Of a DNA stretch of 56,149 nt, positions 27,496-39,067 are shown in pieces. The translations under genes and the position numbers were made by a program. Numbering within the stretch: position 1 is the stretch's first letter; the number at the start of each line of letters is the position of its first letter. This DNA is from Chara braunii (Eukaryota > Plantae > Charophyceae). Location of the stretch: assembly GCA_003427395.1 (NCBI GenBank), contig BFEA01000029.1, forward strand, positions 1,474,976 to 1,531,124, read 5' to 3'. Under the pieces are notes generated by a model. The model did no database searches and was not told the origin of the DNA. It worked only from the letters and a program-made list of their open reading frames with translations.

Positions 27496-28148
27496 NGAAA
27501 AAAAAAAAAAAAAAAAAAAAAGGGCCTGCTTTCGAGCCTGATCCCTGCCTGCCTTGGCCTTCTTAGTGAGAATTCACAAAGCCCCGTCGATAAAAACGCA
27601 TGGTCCGGTACAGAGAAAAATAGGGGTCCTCCCTTTAGAGCGCCCATTTGTAGTCAAAGGCTCCCATTTACTCTTGGGCCCGGTAACAAATGTCAAGGCC
27701 CTGTCGATGCTGGCGCAGTGATTTCCTTCGTTCTCGGCCCTGAGGTAATTCCCCACTGTCATAGCTTCCCAGTTCACCGGCGGGCTTGACGCAACTCTTG
27801 GGATACCTTCACTCTGTAATTTTAATTTGACGGCGGTGACAAGTTCCGGTCGTCCGATCACATACCTTCATTCAACGTTAGAATTGTCCAGTCTTACTAA
27901 AATAATAAATTCTCCGGCTACCGCCGAGTCTTAGAAAAATCACCCTCCTAGGCCCATATTTTCCCATAGTCTCGTCTGACCTTGGTTTCTCCCGTGTCGT
28001 CTCTCCTTCATCAGTCGATCGTCTCCCGTTCGATCGGTCCGCAAGGTGAAAACCGTCGGAACTGGTCACTGTGTGAAGTCTGACCGTCAACTATAGACTT
28101 TTCAAAGGAACTAAAGGGCGGCGTAAGGCTTGGGCCGCCCGACAGCAG

Positions 28149-28162
28149 CCCCCCCTCCATTC
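28149..28162 (-). promoter_or_regulatory. Polypurine tract of the LTR element
   Basis: Minus strand GAATGGAGGGGGGG, 4 nt before the TGTCGGG start of the 3' LTR. Confidence 0.85.
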
Positions 28163-28571
28163 TCGACGTCCCCGTCAAGCCATCTTGGAGTGTCGTGTGA
28201 TTATCGAGAAGGAAAATTTTAATCAGCTGACACCTAATCCGTACCCGATCAACCCAAAGAAACATATTCCTTTTATAATTTTCATTCTTCCTTTTGCCTT
28301 TCCTACCTCTCTTTCCACCATCGTTTCTTTTAGCTTTCCACTTTTTGTTCCTCACTTGCTTTTTCAACCACTGTATCGATGCCAAGCTCCAGTAGACTTT
28401 GAATTTGTCTCGCCACTTGTGGAAGTAAAATTTTCTTTCGCTCATACGCTTAGTCGGCGGTTTCAGTTTGACAAATGCTAAAATACCTTCTTCCTGGAAC
28501 ATCAGGTTTTTGAACTTCCGAGTTTTACCTCCTCCGTTCACGAGCGTCCTTCTCCTTCTCGCTCTCATTTT

Positions 28572-31102
28572 TCATCCAATCAGTAAGGCTTCAAAGAGTG
28601 TAAAGAAAGGTCTTGCAAGAAAGTTATCGCTTGACAGGCTTGTACGGATCCATAAGGAGCATAGTTCACCCTTCGCACCACCATAAAGATCAAACGTAAT
28701 GAAACATTCAGTTACGCCAGGTAAAATGCCGACGTCAAAGCTGGAGCCGCAACACCAACAGCGGAAAGCACGAGCATATGCCGACACAAGGATGATCAAC
28801 AACAGAAAAGGGAGACACAAGTCTATATTCCAGCCTCGGTCCCTTATCCCAAGTTGAAACACTGCGACCCAATTTCTAGTCTCGACCGAATCATTATCAT
28901 CAATAACAGATTCCTTCACTTGAAATCCTTCCTTGAGTTGTGACAGTTCCTTAAATTCTCTTGACGTGCCTCTAAGATGGTCAACATCCTCAATAAGCTT
29001 AACTTCCACGATGGTTTTTCCTCCGCCTTCTTGGTCAGATGGAAGTCGAATCTCATAGTCTTGACCCTCCAAAAGGCTCCCATCTAATTCTCCTTCAACA
29101 CTCACCGCCATGAATTGATCCATTATGTAGTCCCCAATATCTTTCGTAGTTACCAGATTTTGACTCATAGTTGTCTTAGGACTATTCCCAACATCATTTC
29201 CAGATGTATCGACGGTCTAAAACAGTTGGGCAAAGCCATAGATGACATCAGCCTCGACGGTCTCAAATAATTGAGCAAACTCGTAGCTGTCTTCAGGCTC
29301 GACGACCTCAAATGGTCGAGCAAGTCCATAGTTATCGTCCAGCTTATTTGTGACTTCAAATGCTTGTGAAATTTTTGCGCCCACAACTTCGTCGAGGGGA
29401 TCTCTTTCATCTTGATCCTCTATCAACTCGTCTTGGGTGTCTTCAGTACTTTTAAAGTTTTCCCGTTCCTCATCTATTGTTATCATCTCCATTGTCGTGG
29501 TTCGATTTACCAGTGTCTCCTCAATAACCCTCGGATTTTCGCCCGTCGACGAGACATCGATGCCGAGGCTACCACTATCGGTTCTATCCTTACTGAATTC
29601 TCCATTAGCTTCCGTAGCACACACTAAAGTCGCATAGGAACCTTCCTCACTATCCTCGAACCGAATGCTTGAAAATTGAATCGTCAGATTATCTTTTGCA
29701 TCTAGATCCTCCTCAAACCGGACACTCGGTACCCAGAACTCTCCCTGCTCTGGCTCTTCCGCTGTCCTCGTTCTAATGTCAATGTTCGTCTCCGTAGAAG
29801 TTCGGAAGAGTATATTTTCGCCCTCATTTTCCTTTTTATACCGGTTCTCTTCAAACCTGATACTCGGCATCCAAATTCCTCCCTGAATCACCTTCTGCGT
29901 TGCTCCTGCATTAATGTCAGTATTCATCTTCGTAGAAGGTCCGCATGATATATTTTTCTTGTCATTTGCACATTCGATCCCTCTCCTCTCATTCAGCTCG
30001 ATGATTTTCTCAGAGTCTTTTTCTCGTCTGCCCCGAGGCTCTTGTTGTAAGGGAATCTTCAACGGTTCCTCGCTCCCTCGAGGTGAGACATTCTTCGTTT
30101 TTTTTATCCTCTCTCGTTCATTCCTTAGGGTTTCTATCTCCTCGACCATTTCTCATCCTTTCCTATGTGATCTCCTTCGTTCTTCCTTTTCTTCTCTACT
30201 TCTCCAACGCCTATCTCGAAATCCCCTACCGTCGTTCTTCTTCCAGTTGTCACGGTTTCCTCCTTTCCATTCCCCACTATCTCTACTTACTTTACTTTTG
30301 TCAGGCGACATGAACTTTTTTCCATCCTCATCACCGAATTGTTTTTCTAAATGACTTCCGGGTACTCCTTTCCCTAGTTTCTCCAACACCCCATGGAATC
30401 TGGTCCCCCAGTCTGCAAAGCCAATGCCTTTGTCTGAGCGAACGACACCCTTTTAGTGGGCGTGTTCTCCATAACAAACTTTCTTCTCTCGATAGGTAGA
30501 GTCCCTATGAATATACCGCATCGTTCTATCTCACCGGGAAACCCATTTTCTATCAATGGTTCAGATGCCGTCTCAAAGTGTCTCGCAAACGCCACTAACG
30601 TCTCTCCTTCCTCCTCCTTCATCTCCTTTAAGTACTCGACCGAGTAGAAGATGCCGTCACATGCAAAGGCTTGAGACAATCATTCTCTGAAGGTTGCCCA
30701 CTTCCAATCCTCGGGTATAGCAGCATGCACGTCTTTGTCTAGATTGAGATCGGTGTGATTAATGAATCCCATTATCGCTTCCCGATCAGTCCAACCCACT
30801 CTCAAGGCATAAACTTCCCAGTCATTCAGGAACTCTGTTACCCGATGTCCCGTGAAACATAGAGGCTGGCCGAAGTACGGTGGTTGGTAAAACATTGAGT
30901 TGTACAATGGTCCGCACGCCATAGCATATGGATCTGGTTTGCATGGTGGCTCATATCGTCCCTTTTGCCAAGTCTCCCCTTCAGGAATCCTCACACTAGT
31001 TGCCGCCTTTACATGAGGAGGTCTGTTTTCAAACTTTCGACTCCACCTTTCTCCTACTCTCGTCGTCTTCCTTTCTCCTTCTCCGGGACTCTCAACCCCC
31101 AT
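28572..31102 (-). pseudogene. Decayed gag-like polyprotein with long acidic/low-complexity C-terminal part
   Basis: Consecutive ORF pieces (30680-31102, 30374-30679, 30153-30389, 29217-30149, 28572-29168) between PBS and PPT. FTGHRVTEFLNDWE and ETLVAFARHFE resemble retrotransposon Gag capsid motifs. No PR, RT, RH or IN motifs were seen. Confidence 0.6.
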
Positions 31103-31982
31103 CTTTCTCTCAGGAATATTAAGCTCACTCCTTACTTCCGAGAGTCAAGTTCTCTCCGCAACTTCTCAATGTTTCAACCCTCCATCAATCTGGAAGTGTA
31201 CTCTCTCAGACGTTGTGTAGCTCAGCCCGACTGATGAGCTCATAGATCCCTACGACAGGCCGCCACTGGACCCGCCTATATCCCTGACAACGTCAACAGG
31301 CCTAGAAGAGAACCGCCCTCTGGCGTATCTCCTCCTACCCTTATGTCGAAAGAGAGGTTGATCTCATGTCGCCATCGTCGCTGGCCTACCGATCCCGAGA
31401 GCTATCCCTTGACGTGAGCCGGCCAACTCGTGCGTCATAGGGTCGGACCAAAGTCACACGCTCACGGAACGGTGGTATTTCCCTCGTGCAATCCTATCCG
31501 GCACCATGTCTCTACTCGGCCCACCTCAGACATGGATTTACCCGGGACGCTTTCCCCCGACACTGTGTAGTGTCCTAATCAGACCTCCCGCTAACAATCG
31601 GATCAGCTAGCCTGTCTATTCGCCCCAACTCCTTGCGATCCGGGGCGCTTCTCCCCTCCCCTTCAGTCCCTCCAGTTCTTCCCCTGCTTACAATTTTCTC
31701 TATTGGAGTCAGATCGGGGTAGACTGACCAAAGGGTAGGGATAAAACCAGAATTATCTCGCTCGATCACAATCACAAGAAGGATGGAAGGAAAAAATGCA
31801 TGAGATCACCAAATGCAAGAATCAAGAATATCACGAGCATTGCAAAAATCAACGTCTCACCGGGGCATGCCGTTCGCTGGTTGGCTGATTGCTCGTCGCC
31901 TGCTCCGCTCTAGTCGTACTCCTCTCCTGATCCTCTCATGTCCCCGCGGTTACAGGCGGACCAAAGTCCCGAGAGGCAGCCT

Positions 31983-32000
31983 TCCCCGGCAACGGCGCCA
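31983..32000 (-). promoter_or_regulatory. Primer-binding site TGGCGCCGTTGCCGGGGA (tRNA-Asp type, as in Athila-like elements)
   Basis: Lies 1 nt after the ...CGACA end of the 5' LTR on the minus strand. Confidence 0.88.
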
Positions 32001-32971
32001 CTGTCGACCGGTAGAAGTATTTGCCGGCCTGCGGAATCGACCTCGTCCCCTCCCGCGTCTGTCACCCACGGGGAGGCCGGTTCCGGGCTCCTGTAACCTG
32101 TAAAAAAATAACGTTAATACTTGACAAAATAAAGACAAGGGGATAAGGGATAACAAGGAGCGATACGAAATAAACAGAGTCACTGAAACTATTATTCTAA
32201 GTCCACTCATTCCCCCACACTGAAGTTTGTTTAATCCCTCACAAATCCACTGTACTAGGCTTGCATTTTATTCCAGTGTCGATTGATCTCCTCTCGTTTC
32301 TACGGTTAGGGTCTCGTTAGACACTCCTAAAAGAATCCTAAAAGATTTAGGACGAGTCCTAAAAGTTTTTTAGGATTTCGCGCGGCGTCATTACACGCAA
32401 TCCTAAAAATCGTCTTTTAGGAATCGTCCTAAAAGGTTTCCTGCGGCCCGTTTTCATACATATATACGCAGCCGCATCGCGGATGTCCGTCCAGTCCTGG
32501 CTGGTGTTCGTGGTCCACACTGCGGTGGGGGTTTGGCGGCTGCCGACGGGTTGGTGAAGCGCGCGGTTGCCGAGACCTTCAAAATTTGAAATTTGAATTT
32601 TGGCGGACACAGGCTGGCAGGCTGGAGGACGGCAAGGCGACGCGTGTGATGTACAAGACACGGTGGTGGCGGCCCCTTCGCCGTGGGTAACCAGCTTTGC
32701 TGTACGGGGGAATTGTGAGGCGCGCGGCGCATCTTCCTGCTCGGCGCATCTTCACGTACGGACGTGCCGTCGCCTTCGCTGTGGAAGCGTAGAGCAGCAG
32801 GCACCTCTTCGCCATCGCGCTTGTTCCATCTCCTGAGGTAGTGCACAGCTGCGGGATGTCTACGGGTCACACAGTGTGCGTGGTGTCCAGTGGCAACGCT
32901 GAGCAGCGGGCGTATCTTGGGCGGTTGCGGCAGGAGCGAAGGTGTGGCGGGTAAGCGATTTGCGGAGATGG

Positions 32972-34324
32972 ATGGCGGAGATGGATGGCGGAGGCTGCGG
33001 CCACGGTCTGCGGGCGGAAGAGATGGAGGCGGTGGCGATTGCTGTGTCTACCGTCGTCCTAGAGACGATGAACGAGATGTCGTCGTCGTCACGAGACGTG
33101 GCGAAGCAGCTCTGTAAACGACGAGCGCTGTTGTAGAGCTATGCCAAAGCGGCGGATTGCGTGGCAACGTGTGAGGCAGTGGTCCAGTTGTGTGTCGCAC
33201 TGTCATCTGGCGTTTTCCCCCGGCAGACCTCGCGATGGTGGATCAAACGACGTACTGGCGGAACATGGGAGGACCTCCGGCAAAGCGATGACGCCACGGA
33301 CGAGTACTACCGCCAAAAGTTGCACATGTCGATGGCCATGTTCAAGCAGATCGTAGCCGCTCTCGCCGCGTTCGTGGAGAAGAAGGTCACGCACTACAGG
33401 ACGCCATTGCCAGCGGAGCAGGTTATCGCTTTCGCGTTGTACAGGTGGGCGTTCGGGGAGACGTACGAGAGTGGCACTTCAGCTTTCGGCATCGGTAGGG
33501 TCACTGGACTGCAGGCCGTCCGCGACGTCACTTCGGCGCTGCTGCGGGTGTACCTCGACACCATCAAGTGGCCAGTGGGCCGCAGACGTGCGCAGATTCT
33601 CCGCACTTTCTGTGACAAGGGATTCCCGAACTGCTTCGGCGCCATCGACTGCACACACATCTACATCGACAAGCCCGCCGACGCACCTTCTGCCAACTAC
33701 TACGACCGCAACCACAAGTTCTCAGTGCAGGCGCAGGTCGTCGTGGATTTGGATCTCCGGATCCTAGACGTCCACGTCGGATACCCGGGGAGTGTGCACG
33801 GCGTCCGCGTCCTGCACAATTCCCAGCTCTGGAGGCGCGCGCAGACTGGCGAGCTCTTCGACACAGCTCCAGAGAATTTGTCGCACGGTGTCGTCACGCT
33901 AGGATACCTGCTGGGCGACAACGGTTATCCTGTTGCCTGTCCATGGATCGTGCAGCCATATGGAGGAATAGACCAAGGTCCTGTTGAGGAGCGCTTCGAC
34001 AACCGGCAGAAGGTGGCGCGGGGGTGTGTGGAGAAGGCGTTCGGCCGACTGAAGTGCATGTGGCGTCTGTTCTTGCGCACCCACAAGACGAACCTGGAAA
34101 CATTGCCACAACAATTCGTCGCCGTCTGCACTCTCCACCACATCCTCCTCGATGCGGGGATCGACTTCGATGAGAACCTGTTATGGGAGGTGGGTCCGGA
34201 CGGCGTCAGGCGCAGAGTGGACTTGGCCATTGTCGGGGGCGGCGGAGGCGGGCAGCCACAGAGCTCCAACGTCGAGGGGGAGTTGTTGCGGAACGTGCTT
34301 CGCGACCGCCTGGCTTTGATGTAG
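32972..34324 (+). pseudogene. Harbinger/HARBI1-like DDE transposase
   Basis: Motifs GFPNCFGAIDCTH, PGSVHGVRV (usually HD), LLGDNGY and VEKAFGRLK. The upstream in-frame segment (32942-33136) is separated by a TAG at 33134-33136. Confidence 0.92.
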
Positions 34325-35694
34325 GNNNNNNNNNNNNNNNNNNNNNNNNNNNNNNNNNNNNNNNNNNNNNNNNNNNNNNNNNNNNNNNNNNNNNNNNNNN
34401 NNNNNNNNNNNNNNNNNNNNNNNNNNNNNNNNNNNNNNNNNNNNNNNNNNNNNNNNNNNNNNNNNNNNNNNNNNNNNNNNNNNNNNNNNNNNNNNNNNNN
34501 NNNNNNNNNNNNNNNNNNNNNNNNNNNNNNNNNNNNNNNNNNNNNNNNNNNNNNNNNNNNNNNNNNNNNNNNNNNNNNNNNNNNNNNNNNNNNNNNNNNN
34601 NNNNNNNNNNNNNNNNNNNNNNNNNNNNNNNNNNNNNNNNNNNNNNNNNNNNNNNNNNNNNNNNNNNNNNNNNNNNNNNNNNNNNNNNNNNNNNNNNNNN
34701 NNNNNNNNNNNNNNNNNNNNNNNNNNNNNNNNNNNNNNNNNNNNNNNNNNNNNNNNNNNNNNNNNNNNNNNNNNNNNNNNNNNNNNNNNNNNNNNNNNNN
34801 NNNNNNNNNNNNNNNNNNNNNNNNNNNNNNNNNNNNNNNNNNNNNNNNNNNNNNNNNNNNNNNNNNNNNNNNNNNNNNNNNNNNNNNNNNNNNNNNNNNN
34901 NNNNNNNNNNNNNNNNNNNNNNNNNNNNNNNNNNNNNNNNNNNNNNNNNNNNNNNNNNNNNNNNNNNNNNNNNNNNNNNNNNNNNNNNNNNNNNNNNNNN
35001 NNNNNNNNNNNNNNNNNNNNNNNNNNNNNNNNNNNNNNNNNNNNNNNNNNNNNNNNNNNNNNNNNNNNNNNNNNNNNNNNNNNNNNNNNNNNNNNNNNNN
35101 NNNNNNNNNNNNNNNNNNNNNNNNNNNNNNNNNNNNNNNNNNNNNNNNNNNNNNNNNNNNNNNNNNNNNNNNNNNNNNNNNNNNNNNNNNNNNNNNNNNN
35201 NNNNNNNNNNNNNNNNNNNNNNNNNNNNNNNNNNNNNNNNNNNNNNNNNNNNNNNNNNNNNNNNNNNNNNNNNNNNNNNNNNNNNNNNNNNNNNNTGTTT
35301 GGGGTCATCGTGCAATCATTCCGCCAAAGACACGAGAAGAAGGGACACGTCACAGGATAAAAAGTGTGCGCTGCAAGCGCTATGAAGTTCTTTCGCAGGT
35401 AACTGCGATGATAGAAACACAAAACACGTTTCGAAGTAATGAAGCGGTCATCGGCTACAACGACAGACAAGCTAAACACCTACACTAACCTCCACATGCA
35501 CGATCGAGTCCAGTGAACCCGTTGTCGTGCCACGGCCAACACACTATACAACTCCGCCACCGACGACGCTCCGGGGGAATCCCTCCTACCCCCGCACTAA
35601 ACAGCCGCGCAGCACGCACCGTCCCAGTTCCATGCGACGCCCATAACGCCCAGCCACTTCCACCTACGCAACCACTCTCAACAGCCCTGTTTGG

Positions 35695-35731
<37 letters not shown>

Positions 35732-35816
35732 GCAACAGTCCAACCGCGGTGAAGCCCCTCACGTCGATGTGCCACGTGGACATGTTCGAGGACTATAACA
35801 ACCGCCGCCCCACCCG

Positions 35817-37460
35817 CTACACGCCTTCTTTCTTGTCGTCGTCGCCGTCGTCATCGGTGGGGCCCGAACCCAACCAATCAAGCCTCTTGCAATCCTCCGG
35901 ACCCGTTACGCTGGCGTCGTGGCCGAAAGTAATGCCGCAGGGTGCCCATTGAGGGATGTAGTTGGGGTGCTCGCCAAACGTGGGGTTCGCCTTCCCGAGC
36001 CTCTCGGTGACGGCTTTCGAGGCGCGGACGACGGATCGTCTATGGTCGAAGGAGCGATGCATGGACGCGACCAGTGTAGGCCTGGCCAGCAAGTTGACGG
36101 AGTAGAACGCCTCGTAGTGGCTGCGGAAGTCGTCTCCCGCCATGTGCATTATCCACATTGCCGCCGCCAACAGAAGTCTGAAGCAGTCAGCCACCCGACA
36201 AAGACGGTCGTAGGAGATGAAATCGCCGTCAATGTGCGCTCCCATCTGCACCGCCGCGCGGAATGTTTGGGCGATGCAGATGGCGGTCGACTCCTGGTAT
36301 GCCGCCATGTCGTCGTCGTCGGGTCTGTCATTGATATGGGCGCCAGCGAACCACAGTAGCAAGTCCATGTTGAGATCTATCGTGTGGCCGCAGATGGGCG
36401 CGCTGACGACGTTGGACCAGTCCTCGGCGTACCACATAGCACGCGCGATGTTCGTTGCTACGGACTCCAGTGCATACTGGTAAGCCAGGTTGTACCCCCT
36501 TGCGCGGTTGCCGGAGTTGAAAACCCAGCCATGCAGGACGCGCAAAGCCACGTTCTCCACTTTCGCCGCACGGGTGATCGCTTGCTGCAGCTGCGATGGG
36601 TCGGAGATCCTTGCTACCCTGGTGCTCGACTTCGGCAGGATGACGCTGCGAGAGACGGTAGTCGCTGGAAGGCCGCTGGCGATGGCGACGAAGTATTCCC
36701 GCGTCTCGTGGATGATGTTGTACAATCTCCGCCCCTCCCCCGTCCTCCAGAACGCTTTGTCATCCACCCAGAGCAGGGCGCGATCGATGAGCTCTCTGCT
36801 CATGGTTTCCTTGCGCACCCGGCTCGGACCAACATCGCCGCCCTCCCGATCGATTGTCTTCTCGCCACGCGCGTCCTCTCTCGCCGTCGTCGCAGCTGCT
36901 GCCTCCTCTCTCGCCGTCGCCACGGGGGCCGAGTTCACTGTGGCGGTCCCGCCCGCAGCACCTGCCGCCTCGCCCTCGATTGCGCGTCGCTCTGGCACGA
37001 CTTCCTTTTCCGGGAGGCGTGTAGTCATCAACGGCGCTGCGGAGTCTTGTGCAAGATTGCGCTGGCGACGTCTTTCCAACGTCTCGTCATCATCGCCTTC
37101 CGCCACGATGACGGCAGCCTTGTCTTTCCTTGCATCGCGGCCACGCGCCTGCTGCGCCTCGGGTGCAGGGGAGAGCATCCTCTTCGACGCGCTGTGATCA
37201 GAAGCTCGCTGGCAAGCGCTTTGTCGCACCGCGGATGCCGTCGCCTCCGCCTGCGGTTCCTCCATCCCGAAGTCGTCGTCAGACTCCATTTCCGCTGCGG
37301 TCGCCCAACCTTCGGAACCACGAGCAGGCACGTTTCCTGACGCTTCACCGGAGCGCACCTTCTTCGATTTCGGGATATGGCACCGACCTTTCGCCTGCGC
37401 AAGCCCGACGGCGGCTGCGGCATCGCGCTTCGTGCCACGGGCGCTCCCTCGCGTCGACAT
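35817..37460 (-). CDS. Harbinger-borne third ORF of unknown function (~547 aa from the first ATG)
   Basis: Uninterrupted frame 35817-37508 inside the TIRs. The N-terminal half is A/E/R-rich low complexity with a basic KSKKVR patch. The C-terminal ~320 aa are Trp/aromatic-rich and look globular. Confidence 0.75.
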   Translation of the reverse strand: MSTRGSARGTKRDAAAAVGLAQAKGRCHIPKSKKVRSGEASGNVPARGSEGWATAAEMESDDDFGMEEPQAEATASAVRQSACQRASDHSASKRMLSPAPEAQQARGRDARKDKAAVIVAEGDDDETLERRRQRNLAQDSAAPLMTTRLPEKEVVPERRAIEGEAAGAAGGTATVNSAPVATAREEAAAATTAREDARGEKTIDREGGDVGPSRVRKETMSRELIDRALLWVDDKAFWRTGEGRRLYNIIHETREYFVAIASGLPATTVSRSVILPKSSTRVARISDPSQLQQAITRAAKVENVALRVLHGWVFNSGNRARGYNLAYQYALESVATNIARAMWYAEDWSNVVSAPICGHTIDLNMDLLLWFAGAHINDRPDDDDMAAYQESTAICIAQTFRAAVQMGAHIDGDFISYDRLCRVADCFRLLLAAAMWIMHMAGDDFRSHYEAFYSVNLLARPTLVASMHRSFDHRRSVVRASKAVTERLGKANPTFGEHPNYIPQWAPCGITFGHDASVTGPEDCKRLDWLGSGPTDDDGDDDKKEGV

Positions 37461-37730
37461 GCTGGCCGCGGATCTGTGGTCACAACCTTTTGCCCCTCCT
37501 TTCAACACTTGGAAGCGCTTCGCCGACCACCGTTCCTATCTCCCAGCGATGTGCTGCGGCGCGGCGACGACGAGGAAGAATCCTCAACGGCAGGGCAGAA
37601 GACGACGACGCAGACGTGCAGGGTAGAAGGACGACGACCCCGCTGAAGCAGAAGAACCGTCCTTCGACGACGCTTTACGGCAAGAAGATTTACGGTGGGA
37701 AGGGCGGGAACGGCGGAGAGAAGCTTCACG

Positions 37731-37892
37731 GCGAGAAGCTTTACGGCGAGAAGGGCGACGTAGCGCGACGAGATTGCTCCGCGGCGGGAAGCTTTACAGC
37801 GAGAAGGGCGACGTAGCGCGGCGAGATTGCTCCGCGGCGAGAAGCTTTATGGCGAGAAGGGCGACGTAGCGCGGCGAGATTGCTCCGCGGTG
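37731..37892 (+). repeat. 53-bp GC-rich tandem repeat running into a gap
   Basis: GCGAGAAGCTTTACGGCGAGAAGGGCGACGTAGCGCGRCGAGATTGCTCCGCG at 37731, 37784 and 37837. Confidence 0.9.
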
Positions 37893-38779
37893 ANNNNNNN
37901 NNNNNNNNNNNNNNNNNNNNNNNNNNNNNNNNNNNNNNNNNNNNNNNNNNNNNNNNNNNNNNNNNNNNNNNNNNNNNNNNNNNNNNNNNNNNNNNNNNNN
38001 NNNNNNNNNNNNNNNNNNNNNNNNNNNNNNNNNNNNNNNNNNNNNNNNNNNNNNNNNNNNNNNNNNNNNNNNNNNNNNNNNNNNNNNNNNNNNNNNNNNN
38101 NNNNNNNNNNNNNNNNNNNNNNNNNNNNNNNNNNNNNNNNNNNNNNNNNNNNNNNNNNNNNNNNNNNNNNNNNNNNNNNNNNNNNNNNNNNNNNNNNNNN
38201 NNNNNNNNNNNNNNNNNNNNNNNNNNNNNNNNNNNNNNNNNNNNNNNNNNNNNNNNNNNNNNNNNNNNNNNNNNNNNNNNNNNNNNNNNNNNNNNNNNNN
38301 NNNNNNNNNNNNNNNNNNNNNNNNNNNNNNNNNNNNNNNNNNNNNNNNNNNNNNNNNNNNNNNNNNNNNNNNNNNNNNNNNNNNNNNNNNNNNNNNNNNN
38401 NNNNNNNNNNNNNNNNNNNNNNNNNNNNNNNNNNNNNNNNNNNNNNNNNNNNNNNNNNNNNNNNNNNNNNNNNNNNNNNNNNNNNNNNNNNNNNNNNNNN
38501 NNNNNNNNNNNNNNNNNNNNNNNNNNNNNNNNNNNNNNNNNNNNNNNNNNNNNNNNNNNNNNNNNNNNNNNNNNNNNNNNNNNNNNNNNNNNNNNNNNNN
38601 NNNNNNNNNNNNNNNNNNNNNNNNNNNNNNNNNNNNNNNNNNNNNNNNNNNNNNNNNNNNNNNNNNNNNNNNNNNNNNNNNNNNNNNNNNNNNNNNNNNN
38701 NNNNNNNNNNNNNNNNNNNNNNNNNNNNNNNNNNNNNNNNNNNNNNNNNNNNNNNNNNNNNNNNNNNNNNNNNNNNNNN

Positions 38780-38835
<56 letters not shown>

Positions 38836-39067
38836 TTTCATCAATACAACGATTGACACCACGAAATGCGGCAAATCCAGCGCAGACGGCTCCCCTCATC
38901 TGTGGCAACCATTTCGCAAGCAGAATCATATCGTGCAGTCTGCCTCCATCATCTTACGCAGAAGAAACCGACATATAGAAAAAAATTAAATAACAAAACA
39001 AAAAAACAATCTTCATGGCTACACCGACCGCAATGGCAGCAACGTAATCAAGAAACGATTTGATGGG

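Larger units (their letters stand above)
18524..27520 (-). mobile_element. L1-clade non-LTR retrotransposon, near full length, decayed
   Basis: ORF1 with a CCHC knuckle, ORF2 with APE, RT and a C-terminal Cys/His region, and a poly(A) tail seen as a T-rich tract at 18524-18551. The 5' boundary is inferred from the resumption of LTR homology. Confidence 0.9.
17226..28144 (-). repeat. 3' LTR (17226-~18527 plus ~27522-28144), interrupted by L1 and lacking ~2.1 kb present in the other LTR
   Basis: Near-identical to 32002-32308 + 41774-~42799 and to ~44875-45494. Confidence 0.9.

Noticed and set aside
35919-37340. Long plus-strand ORFs (36384-37340, 36490-37197; also 40141-41007)
   Set aside because: Antisense shadows of GC-rich minus-strand coding frames.
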